The translations under genes and the position numbers were made by a program. The notes beneath the pieces are model-generated. The model searched no databases. It worked only from the letters and a program-made list of their open reading frames with translations, and was not told the origin of the DNA. A stretch of 40,902 bases of DNA, taken from the IMG/VR virus record IMGVR_UViG_3300030606_000002, positions 1 to 40,902 of that record. One strand, given 5' to 3'. Within the stretch, counting starts at the first letter, position 1. Each line of letters starts with the position of its first letter. This document shows, piece by piece, positions 40,533 through 40,902 of the stretch. Source of the DNA: a virus.

Positions 40533-40884
40533 GGTTGTTCACGATCTTCTGGTGCATGTCGTCAACCTGCTCTTCGATCCGCTCGATGCGGACGATGGCC
40601 GCGCGTCCGTCCTTCGTGTACTCGCCGAGCGCGCGCGCCACCTCCGCCACCATCCGCGCGACGTTCTCCTCCGCCCGCTGTTGTATCACCGCGATGCGCT
40701 CCTGCGACTTCGCGAGTTCTACTTGTCCTCGGCTGATCTCCTTCGTTTGCTCCCGGAGCTCGGCGATCATCGTCTTCGTCTCGCCGCGCCATCCGTTCTT
40801 GCTCTCGCCGCCGCCGGTCAGCAACTGCTTCCCGTAGCGCAGCGCCACCACCGCGGCGGCCGCACCGATCAGGATCGACTCCAT
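40525..40884 (-). CDS. N-terminal TM plus coiled-coil protein, first gene of the lysis-type cassette (spans the circular junction repeat)
   Basis: 119 aa: MESILIGAAAAVVALRYG followed by a charged helix. Its first 109 nt are duplicated at 1..109. Confidence 0.5.
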   Translation of the reverse strand: MESILIGAAAAVVALRYGKQLLTGGGESKNGWRGETKTMIAELREQTKEISRGQVELAKSQERIAVIQQRAEENVARMVAEVARALGEYTKDGRAAIVRIERIEEQVDDMHQKIVNNHA

Positions 40885-40902
40885 CCAATCACGCGCGGAG
40901 AC
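40776..40902. repeat. Terminal direct repeat, copy 2 (identical to 1..127)
   Basis: Exact 127-nt match to the window start, compared by eye. Confidence 0.9.

Noticed and set aside
1-40902. An integrated prophage with flanking bacterial DNA, transposons, or rRNA genes.
   Set aside because: The ends overlap exactly and every region is accounted for by phage functions. There is no host-type housekeeping gene, IS/transposase or rRNA signature.

Overview
The window is a complete, circularly closed genome of a GC-rich temperate tailed phage. The first 127 nt are identical to the last 127 nt, leaving about 40,775 nt unique. It has an HK97-type packaging and head module and a siphovirus-type tail module. 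About 60 genes lie on the minus strand in one long co-directional series, many joined by ATGA, GTGA or TGATG start/stop overlaps. In transcription order, reading down from 35174, the series is as follows. First an early operon: an RHH regulator, many small Cys-rich proteins, a recombination-type protein, a replisome organiser, two DNA methyltransferases and RusA. Then xis-int and a non-coding attP region at 23.4-23.85 kb. Then a promoter/terminator-rich leader and virion-surface proteins, including a paralogous pair and a LamG plus filamin-repeat protein. Then HNH, terS, terL, portal, protease and major capsid, with a free-standing HNH after the capsid gene. Then connector genes, major tail, a G/GT chaperone pair with a -1 frameshift, tape measure and distal tail/fibre genes. 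Finally, across the circular junction, a six-gene lysis-type cassette (40884 to 37817). A short plus-strand block (35.2-37.4 kb) holds a CI-like repressor, a zinc-ribbon membrane protein, and a separately controlled four-gene operon of small acidic proteins ending in an HTH protein. I flag that operon as an Acr-Aca-like anti-defence candidate. Between the convergent plus and minus units lies about 330 nt of structured non-coding DNA and a truncated tRNA-like element with a CAU anticodon. There is no rRNA, CRISPR array, transposase or reverse transcriptase. All functional calls rest on motifs read by eye and on gene order; no database search was run.
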